Counted from the first letter of the stretch, positions 11,617 through 25,253 are shown. The stretch is DNA of 64,000 nucleotides from Octopus vulgaris (GCA_951406725.2 OX597839.1:3782001-3846000), one strand, 5' to 3'. Numbers and translations: made by a program. Notes: generated from the letters alone by a model not told the origin.

Positions 11617-11755
11617 GAATGCTAATCAGACCAACGACTAAAGCAACTAAGAGACCAAGAGTATCTCGATCGAGATTATTAAAAGTGTCTTTTAGAGATT
11701 CTATTGCATTGAATTCCTTCTCGACTTCAACACGTTCCTTCTCTGTAGTCGCCAT
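11617..11755 (-). CDS. SRPRB: SRP receptor beta subunit, coding exon 1 (N-terminus and TM anchor)
   Basis: ATG at 11755, MATTEKERVE...TLGLLVALVVGLISI; donor GTAAGT, phase 1. Confidence 0.9.
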
Positions 11756-12849
11756 TTTAGTAACACTAAACACACGTAATCATTTGGTGAGAGTGATTTC
11801 CCTTCCGTCGTTGGTTAGTGGTGGTGGTAATGGGGGAATATAGGCTTTAGTGCACGACTGTTTGTATATATATATAAGTACAATAAGAGGCTTCCAAATA
11901 GGAAAGCATTGTGCTAGAAAGAGCAGTAGAAATCTCAAGACCACAAAGGCCACTTTTTATTATATGTATATCTCTTTAATCTTTTACTTGTTTCAGTCAT
12001 TTGACTGCGGCCATGCTGGAGCACCGCTTTTAATCGAGCAACTCGACACCGGGACTTATTCTTTGTAAGCCCAGTACTTATTCTATCGGTCTCTTTTTGC
12101 CGAACCGCTAGGTAACGGGGACATAAACACACCAGCATCGGTTGTCAAGCAATGCTAGGGGGACAAACTCAGAAACACACATACATACACATATATCCGA
12201 CAGGTTTCTTTCAGTTTCCGTCTACCAAATCCACTCACAAGGCATTGGTCGGCCCGAGGCTATAGCAGAAGACACTTGCCCAAGATGCCACGCAGTGGGA
12301 CTGAACCCGGAACCATGTGGTTGGTAAGCAAGCTACTTACCAAACAGCCACTCCTATATATATATATAATATATATATATAATAACAATATAATAAATAA
12401 AACATATGCGTACATACATATATATACATACCTACATCTATATGTATATATACATGCATATATGAGTACAGGACACCACAAATAAACGTAGAACACGAGA
12501 AACGAAAACATAAAACCAAACAAGGAAACAGATTTTTTTTAACAACGAAAAAACAGAGTACAAGACAAACAATACAAGGAATATTCCCCTTCATCAGCTG
12601 CCCCTGTTTCGACTCAATGCGTGTGAAAGAGATAGTGAGAGAGAAAGAATGTGAGAACAAATTGTCACCTTAAAAGAACAATTAGAAGTTACAGTTTACA
12701 AGAGTAGGTTTATAGCTGATGTGCAGATTTCAAGGTAATACAGATTTAGGGGTAATATAGATAGATAGGAAATCTATATATAAATAATTTAACGTGGATG
12801 TTGTGTTAGTTAGAACACCGGTGTTCTAACACACACACACATTCCCATA

Positions 12850-12933
<84 letters not shown>

Positions 12934-12941
12934 TTAATATA

Positions 12942-12994
<53 letters not shown>

Positions 12995-13559
12995 TATTTT
13001 ATATAATTTTAATTTATATATATATATAAGGAGAATAACTAAAACAAGTAAAGGAATAGTATATATATATATATTTTTTTTCAGTCATTCGCCTTTCATC
13101 AAACAAATCAACCCCAGGACTTATTCTTTATAAGCCTAATACTTATTTTATCATTCAATTTTGTCGAACTGCTAAGTCACAGGGGCGTAAACACACCAAC
13201 ATCGGTTGTCAAGCGATAGTTACAAACAAAGAGACACAAATACACACACACACACACGGGCTTCTTTCAGTTTACCTTACAACATCCCTAACAGCTCGAT
13301 GTGTATTTCTCTTTTAGCCATTCTCGATGCCATGGGCCTTGCCTTGGATGAAGAATTCCGAGTTTAAATTCAAGTTCATTCGAACACTGTTATGTGTTTT
13401 CTATACTAAGCTTATCTAGCTCTCACGCACTGACTGCATGCATGCATACATACATACATATATATACAAAATAGCTGATATGAAGGCTTGTTGCAGAAAT
13501 AGATAGATAGATAGATAGATAGACAGACAGACACACACACACATACATACATATGGTAG

Positions 13560-14157
13560 AAGCCCTAGCCACTCATAATAAAAAGGAGTACTGGTTGAAT
13601 GTGCCAGTGAAAACCTCAATAAAATGTAAGCACAATAGGCCTGTTATAATGATCTGGGATAGAGAAGAGAAACTGTGTACATTTGTGGAAATTAACTGCA
13701 AGAAGATGTTAACATAAAGCTGAAGATCAGTGAAAAAGAGAACTACCTATGCTGAACTATTGAGAAATCTGCAATTATTCTATCCAGATCACAAGATCAG
13801 GATTATACCTGTAATTATGGGGGCACTGGGACATGTAACACACTGCCTAAATACCAGTCTTGAGAAATTAGGCTTCTCAAAACCAGAAAAGAGAAAGCTA
13901 ATCCGAAGACTACAGAACTAGAACTGTAAAAATTTATAAAACTTTCCAGACGTTTATCATTTAAATTTATATAAGCATGTCTAGATATGCAAGTATATGC
14001 ATGAGAATAAATATATAAAGCAAACCATACAAACCTGAACATATACATACATGCAAGCAAAAATAGCCTGTTTTTGATGTCCAAATTCCAATGAAGGAAC
14101 CTTGAATCTAGGTTAGAAACCTACTCTTTCTCTATTAGTAAGAAATCTTGAAATAAT
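13560..14157 (+). mobile_element. 3' fragment of a restriction-like-endonuclease LINE (R4/Dong/NeSL type)
   Basis: KHNRPVIMIWDREEKLCTFVEI ... K..Y..L ... IIPVIMGALG; frameshifted. Confidence 0.75.
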
Positions 14158-14180
14158 ACATGCATGCATGTTGAAAGTGT

Positions 14181-14984
14181 TTGATGAAAATATCTGATGA
14201 CATTGGATACAATGACCTGATCTACAATAATGCGCTGATTGAAATCGAGGATGCCCTGCTCAAAATGGGAGGGGCAGCGTTGAACACATTCAGTTTGCCA
14301 TCCTCACTGCGACAGGATGTTAACATACTTGCACCGAAGTTACTTCTGGAGTTGTCATATGATGCTGATGGCCTTGCTGAGTACCTGAGAGTAAATGAAC
14401 CGAAATTGCTCCCTGATCAGAGGCTGGCGTACGAAACTGTCATCGGTGCTGTTGAAAAACAAGCGGGCGGAATTTTTTTCCTTGATGCTCCTGGAGGTAC
14501 CGGAAAATCCTTTGAAACACAATTAATACTTGCTAAGATTCGTCGCGAGAAACAAATTGCGCTAACTGTTGCCTCCTCAGGAATCGCTGCTACGTTATTG
14601 CCGAGAGGTAGGACTGTGCACTCAGCATTCAAGCTGCCTTTGGATTTGGTGAGGGCTGAGGTTCCTACTTGCAACATTGGCAAAAATTCAGAGGAAGCTG
14701 AAGTTCTTAGACAGTGCCGTCTCATTGTATGGGACGAATGCGCAATGACCAATAAGGGTGCCCTTGAGGCACTGGACCGGTCACTGAAAGATATCCAGGA
14801 TTCTACAGCTTCTATGGGTGGTGTAACTCTATTGCTTTCAGGAGATTTCCAGCAAACCCTTCCTGTCATCCCTAAAGGGAGCAGGGCTGATGAAGTGCTC
14901 GCATGTCTTAAGTCATCCACGTTGTGGCCCCAGGTTAAGAAGTTAAGCCTAAGCACAAATATGCCTGTGCACTTGCTTGGTTAA
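14181..14984 (+). mobile_element. Helitron RepHel PIF1-like helicase fragment (non-functional relic)
   Basis: FFLDAPGGTGKSF (Walker A), VASSGIAATLL, IVWDECAM (Walker B), GDFQQTLPVIP, LSTNM; truncated at both ends. Confidence 0.9.
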
Positions 14985-17613
14985 TATGCAATAGGTTAAT
15001 ACTTTAACATTTAAACTGGCCATATCCATCCGAAATATTCTACTTGTTTAATGTTCAAACTGGCCAGATCTAGTCTCTCACACCTACCCTACAATGTCAT
15101 TCTAAAATTAAATAATCACATCATCAAAATCTTGAAGGAACAAGATTAATTCAAAACCATGTGAATAGATAAGTATTCAATTTTGATAGAGTATTCTGAA
15201 TGCTAAAAGGGTTAATACTTTAGCATTTAAACCAAACTTATACATTCAAAATATCCAACTTGCTTTATGTTCAAATCAATCAGATCTGATCTCTCACACC
15301 TACTCTACAATGTCATTCTAAAAATAAATCTAGAAGCTACAAAATAATGCATGGACACTAAACTCTGCTTGCGAAGACCTGTTGAGGCAAGTGAAATTGA
15401 AATCAAATTCAATGACTGGCATCAGTGATAGTGGAGCACTAAGAGAACTATTCGAGCGTGATCGTTGCCAGAGCAACAAGCTGGCCTCTGTGCCGATGGC
15501 ACATAAAAAACACCATTCGAGCGTGATCGTTACCTGTGTCGCCTTACTGGCACTTGTGCTGGTGACACATGAAAAAACATTCGCTGGACTGGCTCCTGTG
15601 CGGGTGGCACATAAAAAGCACCATTTGAGCGTGGCTGTTGCCAGTACCACCGGACTGGCCCTCTTGCCGGTGGCACGTAAAAGCACCCACTACACTCTCG
15701 GAGTGGTTGGAGTTAGGAAGGGCATCAAGCTGTAGAAATTCTGCCAGATCGAGACTGAAGCCTGGTGCAGCCATCTGGCTCACCAGACCTCAGTCAAATC
15801 GTCCAACCCATGCTAGCATGGAAAGCGGACGTTAAACGATGATGATGATGATGATGAATACTGCACAGAGCGAGACACTACCCCACTCACACACATAGTG
15901 TTTCAATGCAGTCAGTACCACTTCCCATAGACAAGGATTTGTCTGTTTTTCTTTCTGGAATGTGTTGGATGGCTGAGGACTGGTGAACCAGATGGCTGCA
16001 CCAGGCTCCAATCTGATGGCAAAGTTTCTACAGCTGGATGCCCTTCCTAACGCCAACCACTCCGAGAGTGTAGTGGGTACTTTTATATGCCATCGGTACA
16101 AGGGCCAGTCAGGCGGTACTGGCAATGGCCACGCTCAAATGGTGTTTTTTATGTGCCACCTGCACAGGAGCCAGTCTAGCGGCACTGGCAACGACCTTGC
16201 TTGAATGTTTTTTCACGTGCCAATAAAGCGACGCTGGTAATGATCATGCTCAAAAGGTGCTTTTTATGTGCCGCCGGCACAGAAGCCAGTCTGCTGCTCT
16301 AGCAACGATCATGCTCGGATGGTGCTCTTAGCGCGCCACTAGCACTAAGAGTACCGTGTTTCCAAATATACCACTCTGAGAAGAATCTATAAATATGCTG
16401 TAAAATTCCTTGTATGAAAAATTATGTGGCTGTGGTAAGAAGCTAGCTTCCCATCCACATGGGTCCGGGTTCAGTCCCACTACGTGACACCTTGGGCATC
16501 TTCTACTATAGCTTCGGGCTGACTAAAGCCTTGTAAGTGGATTTGGTAGATGGAAACTGAAAGAAGCCTGGTATATGTGTATATATATATATTCATGTGT
16601 GTGTGTTTGTTCTCCCTGCCATCGCTTGACAAACAATGTTGGTGTATTTATGTCCCCCAAATCTTAGTCGTTCAGCAAAAGAGACCAATCAAATAAGTAC
16701 TCGGCTTACAAAGAATAAGTCCTGGGGTTGATTTCTTCAACTAAAAGCAGTGCTCCAGCATGGTCGCAGTCAAATGACAAACATGTGAAAGAATAAAAGA
16801 ATACTGAACAGTACTAAATCCATCTGCAAGGGGTTAAATGATTATGATAATATTGCAAAGAATGCAGCAGAGACTAATCCTATGACCCAGTCTTCAGAAA
16901 TGAAGCATTATCTGTATATATGAAAGGCAGGATGTGTGTGTGTGTACGGGAATGTAATTTATACACATCCACAAATTAGCACACATGTTGCTCCAATTTT
17001 AGGAGGACATTCGTCATGACCCTAGCTGTATTTTCGTCAACTTATTTTTACCAGAGGCACCAGAGAATAGCAGTAACAATAAATTTTCAATCAAAACTTT
17101 TAACAATTATCAAGTTGGAGAAGTCACCAGTTTGCAAACAGGAGTTAAGTCCCCTTCTAGCGACGAGTAAGTTTTTGCTGTTTTTATTCCATCAAGGAAA
17201 AAAGTGTTTTGTTGATATACGGGCAACACACACGAACATGTATGAGTACAAAAAACATGTATACAACAGGTATACGTATGTGTGTGTGTTGCCCATATAT
17301 ATATATATGTGTGTGTGTGGAGACGTAATGGCCCAGTGGTTAGGGCAGCAGACTCACGGTTTCGATTCCCAGACCGGGCGTTGTGAGTGTTTATTGAGCG
17401 AAAACACCTAAAAGCTCCACGACGCTCCGGCAGGGGGTGGTGGCGATCCCTGCTGTACTCTTTCGCCACAACTTTCTCTCACTCTTTCTTATGCTGGCCT
17501 GCTCGCTTAGCCAGCAGGGTGGCATTCTTTGAAGGCTAAAACAATGCAAAGCGCATTGTGACCAGCGATGTATAGCAACATCTGATAGCCTGGTTGGTCA
17601 CGATGATCATGGT

Positions 17614-17669
<56 letters not shown>

Positions 17670-17763
17670 CCAATTTCAATGCATTTCACCCAAATTTGAC
17701 GTCAATGTTACTTAGTTTGATTTGAAATAAAGAACTTGATTCGCTTAATAATCCTAACTTAAT

Positions 17764-17791
17764 CCCGGTCAAAGTCGGGTTATACTGCTAG
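17764..17791 (+). mobile_element. Helitron 3' terminus
   Basis: Hairpin CCCGGTC-AAA-GTCGGG, 8-nt spacer, CTAG|T. Confidence 0.65.
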
Positions 17792-17854
17792 TTATACTGT
17801 TATATAAAAAATTAATAAAAAACACAAAACACAAAGACAATTGAATTCCATAAT

Positions 17855-17860
17855 TTTATT
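17855..17860 (-). promoter_or_regulatory. Candidate polyadenylation signal of ZNHIT3
   Basis: AATAAA on the - strand about 33 nt after the stop, followed by GT/T-rich sequence. Confidence 0.5.
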
Positions 17861-17892
17861 TACACAGGATAAAAAAATATAATTCCAACTAA

Positions 17893-18092
17893 TTATCTAT
17901 CAGGAAACATGTCTTCAGTGCTGGTGCTGTTATCTCCTATGACTTCCAAACATACAGAAGCATATTCACTAAATATGGGTTCTTGCATGGCTGCTTCAAT
18001 GGCATGGCTTATGTTATCTGATGAGTTTAGTCTAATAAGCATGTCCCGTAGATGCTGGTTGCTGAGAAGCTCATGTAGTTTCTTAGATGTGT
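17893..18092 (-). CDS. ZNHIT3: ZNHIT3 last exon (C-terminal Pac-HIT domain)
   Basis: DTSKKLHELLSNQHLRDMLIRLNSS...AAMQEPIFSEYASVCLEVI; signature L-x-N-x-HLR and MQEPxF. Confidence 0.92.
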
Positions 18093-19523
18093 CTGAAAAA
18101 TAAAAGATATTGATTTTTAGCAACAATAGAGACATAGTTTTGTGGTCAAAAAGTTCATTTTCCAACAACGAGAAATGTGCCACCAGGAATTGAACTCAGA
18201 AACTTATGATCATGAGCTGGATACCCTAGCCACTAAGCCATGCACCTTCACTGTGGAAGAGGAAGACCGAGGGAAACAGCGGAAGAAGTGAGGAAAGCTG
18301 ATCGCAAGAGGCTGAACATCACAAAGAAATTTTGAGATTAAATCATTTTTCCTACCAATGGTAGAAGGCATGAAAATTGGGGTTGAAAGGGTGGGAGTTA
18401 GTCAATTAAATAGACCTCAGTGCTTGACTGATGCTTTATTTTATTGACTCCAAAAGGATAAAAAGCAAACTTGACCACAGTGGGATTTGAACTCAGAAAT
18501 GTTATCAAGCATTCTGTCCAATGTTCTAATGATTCTGCCAGTTCACCACCTTATTGAGATTAATTAATGGTTTCAAATTTTGGCACAAGGCCAGCAATTT
18601 TTTTTGGTGGGGGGGGGGATAAGTCAATTACATCAACCACGGTACTCAACTGGTACTTATTTTATCAACCCCCTAAAGAATAAAAAGCAAAGTCGACCTT
18701 GGCAGAATTTGAACTCAGAACATGAAGTCAGATAAAGTGCCCCTAAGCATATTGCCCAGCATGCTAATGAGTCTGCCAGCTTGCTACCCTCAATTAGCCA
18801 CATGCACCACTGGTGGTTTATTGTAAATTTCACACAACCGCCATACGGACCATCAGTGGTACATTTTTATAATCTGAGTAAATATTTTATTCTCTATCTT
18901 TGACATGGTTTCAAGAATATTTAAAGAACATAAGTGCTAAATATGAAAGTTTAATCATAAAATATTGAAAAAAATTATATCTCTCAATGACTGGCATCCG
19001 TGCTAGTGGAGCACTAAGAGAACCATATGAGTGAGATTAGGGCTAGAGCAACAAGCTGGCCTCCGAGCCGATACCAAGTTAAAAACGCCATTCGAGCATG
19101 ATCGTTACCTGCGTTGCCTTACTGGCACTTGTGCTGGTGGCACGTAAAAAAAAACATTAAGTGAGGTTGTTGCCAGTGCTGCTGGACTGGCTCCTGCGCA
19201 GGTGGCACATAAAAAGCATCATTTGAGCGTGGCCGTTGCTAGTACCGCCGGACTGGCCCTCGTGCCAGTGGCATGTAAAAGCACTCACTACACTCTTGGA
19301 GTGGTTGGCATTAGGAAGGGCATCCAGCTGTAGAAACCCTGCCAGATCAGACTGGAGCCTGGTGCAGCCATCTAGTTCGCCAGTCCTCGGTCAAATCGTC
19401 CAACCCATGCTAGCATGGAAAGCGGACGTTAAACGATGATGATGATGGTGATATGCAAAGTGACCACGTGAAATATGTGGCGTTACCAGTAAGTTCCAGT
19501 AATAGGCTGTGGCAGTTAATGTG

Positions 19524-19747
19524 TTAACCCTTTCGCATTTAAACTGACCATGTCCGGCCAAAATATTCCGTTTTATGTTCAAATTGGCCGGATCTGACCT
19601 CTCGTACCTACCTAAAAAATCTCATTTAAAAAATATACAATCGCATCATCAAAATCTCAAAGCTACAAGATAATACTTGGTCAATTCAAAGCATCTGAAT
19701 AAATAAGCTTTGCATTTGAGAGAATAATTTGAATGCTAAAGGGTTAA
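19524..19747. mobile_element. piggyBac-like TTAA MITE, second family (related pieces at ~7006, ~14996-15330, ~22805)
   Basis: TTAA-CCCTTTCGCATT ... AATGCTAAAGGG-TTAA. Confidence 0.75.
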
Positions 19748-19766
19748 AATAATAAAAACAACAAAC

Positions 19767-20639
19767 CTAATTTCTTGAGCTGTGATGGTAACACTTGATC
19801 TTCTGTCATTTCAACATTTGTTAGGTTATATTTACTGCTCTGTTCACCAGGATCATCTCTTCTGGAGTTAGCGTTCGGTCGGTCACCATCAGCTAAACTA
19901 ACATCTAATTGATCATCTCTATCTTTAACAGTCTTTCTTTGTTGAACTTCATCAGAATTTATTTCTCCTTCATCAGATAAACTAACAGCCTTTTGCTGTT
20001 CGTCTGCATTCAATTTAACATCCGCTGACTTCCCCTTCTCTTCAGTAAGGCTGTCATTATTTCTTTCTTCATTTTCCAGTAAACTAACATTCGTTTTGGT
20101 TCTATTTTCACATTCATCAACATCCGCTTTCCTATCTTCCAAGCTTTTAACATTTACTAATCCACAATCAGTTGTACTGATATTCATTTGTCCATCATCA
20201 ACCTCATCACAGTTTGTTTTTCCATTTTCACATTCTTTAACATTCATTTCTATGTCATCAGCTTTATTAACATTCATTTCTCCATTACCCTTCAAATTAA
20301 CATTCTCCTGGATATCATCTTCCGGTAAACTATTGTTCCTTTCAATGTCTTCAGCAATATTACCATTTGTCTTCTTACTAATATCCACTTCTCTAGCTTC
20401 AGATATACTATCATTCACTATACCATTTTCAGATTCTTTGGCATTCCTCAGGATGCCTTCAGATTCATTAACAGTCATTTGGCTGTCCTCAGATTCTTTA
20501 GCAGTCATCAGGGAGTCTTCAACCTCTTTAGCAGTCTTCTGGAGGTCTTCAGGCTCTTTAGCAGTTACCTGGATCTCTTCATTTTTTTTAGTCATATCTT
20601 GGTTATCTTCAGATCCTTTAATTTCATTTTGTCCATTTT
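19767..20639 (-). CDS. ZNHIT3: ZNHIT3 exon 5 (873 nt; acidic repeat linker plus start of C-terminal domain)
   Basis: Open for 291 codons; ends EMTEDQVLPSQLKKL, matching the ZNHIT3 D-x-V-xxxx-LxxL motif; CGTAG acceptor, GTTTGT donor. Confidence 0.82.
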
Positions 20640-21405
20640 CTACGTAAAAGAGAAAATAAAATTTAAAGCTAAATCAGTTACAGATTTTATATTTGGATAA
20701 AAATACAAAAGTCAATAACTAACAATAAATACAAAATCAAAAACGGCGGTGCATCAGCATGGCCGCAGCTCTGAGCTGAAACTAAAAAAAAAAAAAAACT
20801 AAAATGCTAATCAATAAAATCCTTGCAATAAATAAATTTATTACAATAGGCACAGGAGTGGCTGTGTGGTAAGTAGCTTGTTTACCAACCACATGGTTCC
20901 GGGTTCAGTCCCACTGCGTGGCACCTTGGGCAAGTGTCTTCTTCTATAGCCTTGGGCCGACCAAAGCCTTGTGAGTGGATTTGGTAGGCGGAAACTGAAA
21001 GAAGCCCGTCGTATATATGTATATATATGTGTGTGCGTGTATGTTTGTGTGTCTGTGTTTGTCCCCCTAGCATTGTTTGACAACCAATGCTGGTGTGTTT
21101 ATGTCCCCGTCACTTAGCGGTTCGGCAAAAGAGACTGATAGAATAAGTCCCGGGGTCGATTTGCTCGACTAAAGGTGGTGCTCCAGCATGGCCGCAGTCA
21201 ACTGACTGAAACAAGTAAAAGAGTAAAGAGAGGCATGGCTGTGTGAAGGTTCAGGCATGGGCGTGTGGCCAGAAGTTTGTTTCCCAACCACTTGGTTCCC
21301 GGTTCAGTCCCAGAGCATAGCACCTTGAGCAAATGTCTTTTCAATGCCTTGGGCTGGCCAAAATATTGCGAGTGAATCTGATAGACAGAAACTGAAAGAA
21401 GCCTG

Positions 21406-21461
<56 letters not shown>

Positions 21462-23064
21462 GTGCAGGCGTAGCTGTGAGGTAAGAACTTTGCTTCCCAG
21501 CCACTAAGTTCCAGGTTCAGTCCCACTGCATGACACCATGGGCAAGTGTCGTTTATTATAGCCTTGGACCAACCAAAACCTTGTGAGTGGATTTGGTAGA
21601 TGGAAACTGAAAGAAGCCCATCATATACATGCGCAGGTGTGTGCATGTGTGTCTATGTTTGACAATTGATGTTGGTGTGTTTACATTCCCACGATTTAGC
21701 GGTTTGGCACAAGAGATCAACAGAATATGAACCGGGCTTATTAAAATAAGTACCGAGGTTGATAAGAGAGTACCCCAGCATGGCCACAGTCTAATGAATG
21801 AAACAAATAAAATATGAAAAACAATCAACAATAATAAAAAAAAGAATCCATTTCATCTGAACACAAAGATAAATTTTGTAAATAACCATCGCTTCATTGT
21901 TCATCATCATCATCTTCTTCGTTTAGCGTCCGCTCTCCATGCTAGCATGGGTTGGACGGTTCAACTGGGGTCTGGGAAGCCAGGAGGCTGCACCAGGCCC
22001 AGTCTGATCTGGCAATGTCTCTACGGCTGGATGCCCTTCCTAACGCCAACCACTCCGTGAGTGTAGCGGGTGCTTTTTACGTGCCACCAGCACAGCTGCC
22101 AGACGGGGCTGGCAAATGGCCACGGTCGGATGGTGCTTCTTATGTGCCACTGGCACGGGGGCCAGGCGAGGCTAGCAACGGCCACGATCGGATGGTGCTT
22201 TTTACGTGCCACCGGCACAGGGGCCAGGTAAGGCTGGCAACGGCCACGATCGGATGGCTCGCTTATGTGCCACCAGCACGGATGTGGCGCTGGCAACGGC
22301 CACGTTCGGATGGTTCGCTTACATGCCACCAGCACTGGTATCACAGCTAAAATTTCCATTGATGTTGATCGATTTCGATTCTGATTCTCACTTGCCTCAA
22401 CAGGTCTTCACAAGTAGAGTTTTGTGTCCCAAGAAGGAAAGGTATGCATAAGTGGACTGGCTACATCCCAGGTAGAGGCCATGGATTATGGTCTCACTTG
22501 TCCTGCCGGGTCTTCTCACGCACAGCATACTTCCAAAGGTCTCGGTCTCTAGTCATTTCACTCTTCCTCATTCACTCCAGTTGTCTGTTGTGGTGTGGTT
22601 TCTATAGCTGGATGGCCTTCTTTATGCCAACTACTTAACAGAGTGTGTTGGGTGATTTTTATATGCCACTGGCATGGGTGCCACCATCTTTTAATGTTTG
22701 TCTTCCATGCTGACATGGGTTGGATGGTTTGCCAGGAGATGACAAGCTGAAGGGCTGTTCAGGTTCCATGTCTGTTTTGGCATGGTTTCTATGGCTAGAT
22801 GAGAACCCTTGATTTAAACTGATCATACCCGGACCAAATATTCTGTTTTTATCTTCAAACCAGCCACGTCTGGCCTCTCACACCTACCCTACAATGTCAT
22901 TGTAAAAATAAACAATCACATCATCAAAAAAGTTCTGTTTTTGCTCCATTCCACTGACAATGATGATGGTGATGACAAAGGTTTACTACATTTAACAAAA
23001 TCAGACATAATAACACCAAGTTCAAGATATGCAAATTTTAAAACATAAACACAAACAACTCTAC

Positions 23065-23112
23065 CTTGTGAAGTCACACCAGAATTCTCTTTCGATTTTG
23101 AAGCACAAGATT
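23065..23112 (-). CDS. ZNHIT3: ZNHIT3 exon 4
   Basis: ESCASKSKENSGVTSQ supplies the Cys that follows the His; TTTACAG acceptor, GTAGAG donor, phase 1-1. Confidence 0.75.
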
Positions 23113-23786
23113 CTGTAAAAGATAAAAAATGAAAAATTTAGCAGGCATGGTTGTGTGGTAAGAAGCTTGCTTCCAAAGGCGGCGAGCTGGCAGAAGCATT
23201 AGCACACCGGGCAAAATGCTTACGGTATTTCGTCTGCCATTACGTTCTGAGTTCAAATTCCGCTGAGGTCAACTTTGCCTTTCATCCTTTCAGGGTTGAT
23301 AAAGGAAACACACCAGCATTGGTTGTCAAGCGATGCTGGGGGACAAACACAGCCACACAAACATACACACACACACACATATATATATACATATATATGA
23401 CGGGCTACTTTCAGTTTCTGTCTACCAGATCCACTCGCAAGGCTTTGGTCAGCCCGAGGCATTAGTAGAAGACACTTGCCCATGGTGTGCCACGCAGTGG
23501 GACTGAACCCGGAACCATGTGGTTTGTAAACAAGCTACTTACCACACAGCCACTGAGATAGAAGAGTCCCGGACGGAGGGACAGACAGAATTTCATGTTT
23601 ATTATTATAAGATATAATGCTTCATTTACAATTTATCTAATGTTTCAGCTGTTAGCAGTGAGAAGCTTTACATACCTATGGTGTGTGTTTACAGAATTAA
23701 GTGTTTTATAGATACAATACAATGAGAGAAATGGAAAAAACAAAAAGATGTTGTGAGTTTATTGAAGTGTTATGTTTTAGTGTGAA

Positions 23787-24120
23787 GGCGCATGGCTCAG
23801 TGGTTAGAGCATCGAGCTTACGATCATGAGGTTGTGAGCTCGAATCCCGGACTGGGCTGCGTATTGTGTTCTTGAGCAATACACTTTATTTCACATTGCT
23901 CCAGTTCACTCAGCTGTAAAATTGAGTTGTGATGTCACAGGTGCCAAGCTGTATCGGCCCCTTTGCCTTTCTCTAGGATAACACTGGTGGCATAGAGAGG
24001 GGAAGCTGGTATGCATGGGCAACTGCTGGTCTTCCATAAACAACTTTGCCCAGACTTGTGCCTGGAAGGGTTACTTTCTAAGTGCAATCCCATGGTCAGT
24101 CATGACCAAAGTGGGTCTCA

Positions 24121-24163
<43 letters not shown>

Positions 24164-24452
24164 TTGTGAGTTCGAATCCCAAACCGGGCTGCATGTTGTG
24201 TTCTTGAGCAAGACACTTTATTTCACATTGCTCCAGTTCACTCAGCTGTAGAAATGAGTTGCGACGTCACACGTGCCAAGCTGTATTGGCCCCTTTGTCT
24301 TTCCTTTGGATAACACTGGTGGCATAGAGAGGAGAGGTTGGTATGCATGGGCGACTGCTGGTCTTCCATAATCAACCTTGCCCGGACTTGTGCCTGGGAG
24401 GGTAACTTTCTAGGTGCAATCCCACGGCCTGTATCATGACCAAAGGGGGTCT
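23787..24452 (+). mobile_element. Tandem pair of tRNA SINEs, family D, separated by (TA)n (others at ~27312-27580-, 29830-30010-, 50008-50255+)
   Basis: GGCGCATGGCTCAGTGGTTAGAGC head, GTGTTCTTGAGCAAGACACTT core. Confidence 0.8.
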
Positions 24453-24506
24453 CAGAATATATTTTAATATGAATTAAACCCAAACAAGAAGAGAAACACA
24501 ACTAAC

Positions 24507-24547
24507 CTGGTAGAGAGAAGTGAATCTTATAACAGCCCAGGGAACAA
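24507..24547 (-). CDS. ZNHIT3: ZNHIT3 exon 3 (zf-HIT end)
   Basis: YCSLGCYKIHFSLP completes the CxxC...CxxC...CSxxCxxxH finger; TTTCAG acceptor, GTTAGT donor. Confidence 0.9.
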
Positions 24548-25253
24548 CTGAAATGGAAAGAAATTGAAGATTTTGAAAATAACAGTGATGATGAATACAT
24601 GTTAGGCAAGACATATAAATAAGAGGAACAGTAAGGCATTGAGATATATGTACATGCATGTGTGTGTGCTAGTGCCACATAAAAAGCACTGAGTCCATGC
24701 TGCAGAGGGGTTGGTGTTAGGAAGGGCAACCAGCTGTAAAAACCTTGCCAAAACAGACAGAGTAGCATAGGGTAATTTTCCTAACTGACCATCTCCTGTG
24801 AACCATCCTACCTATGCATGCATGGAAGATGGACATTAAATGATGATGATGATATCGTTGCTGTTATGTTAAACTGTTGTATGTCCAAATGCCTTTTTTC
24901 CAATATTTAATTTCGCTTGCAATAGCCAGTTCTTTTGGTTAAACTATTGTATCCCCAGCGGCTTCAGATGCCAAGCACCCACTACACTCATGGAGTGGTT
25001 GGCGTTAGGAAGGGCATCCAGCCGTAGAAACATTGCCAGATCAGACTGGGCCTGGTGCAGCCTTCTGGCTTCCCAGACCCCAGTTGCACCGTCCAACCCA
25101 AGCCAGCATGGAAAGCGGACGCTAAACGATGATGATGATGATGATGATGTAGTACAACAGTTTAGCATTTTTCTAAAAGTGTAGTAAGTCCCATGGTGAT
25201 GATGATGACGATGAGAAACAACTACAGGAAACAAGAAATTAAAGGTAACTCAC

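Noticed and set aside
12575-12620. Hammerhead on the minus strand (GAAAC ... CUGAUGA)
   Set aside because: The motifs are in an order and spacing that leaves no room for stems I and III.
14080-14130. Hammerhead-like CCAAUGA...GAAAC in the LINE 3' UTR
   Set aside because: The core has two mismatches and stems I and III do not pair.
14181-14984. Host PIF1 gene
   Set aside because: Intronless, truncated, with Helitron-type motifs (DAPGGTGK, VASSGIAATLL).
20096-20647. 183-aa Ser/Phe-rich + strand ORF
   Set aside because: Antisense shadow of the ZNHIT3 acidic exon.
23787-23860. Genuine tRNA genes at SINE heads (also 17320, 56338)
   Set aside because: They continue into SINE core and tail sequence, with imperfect cloverleaves and no poly-T terminator.
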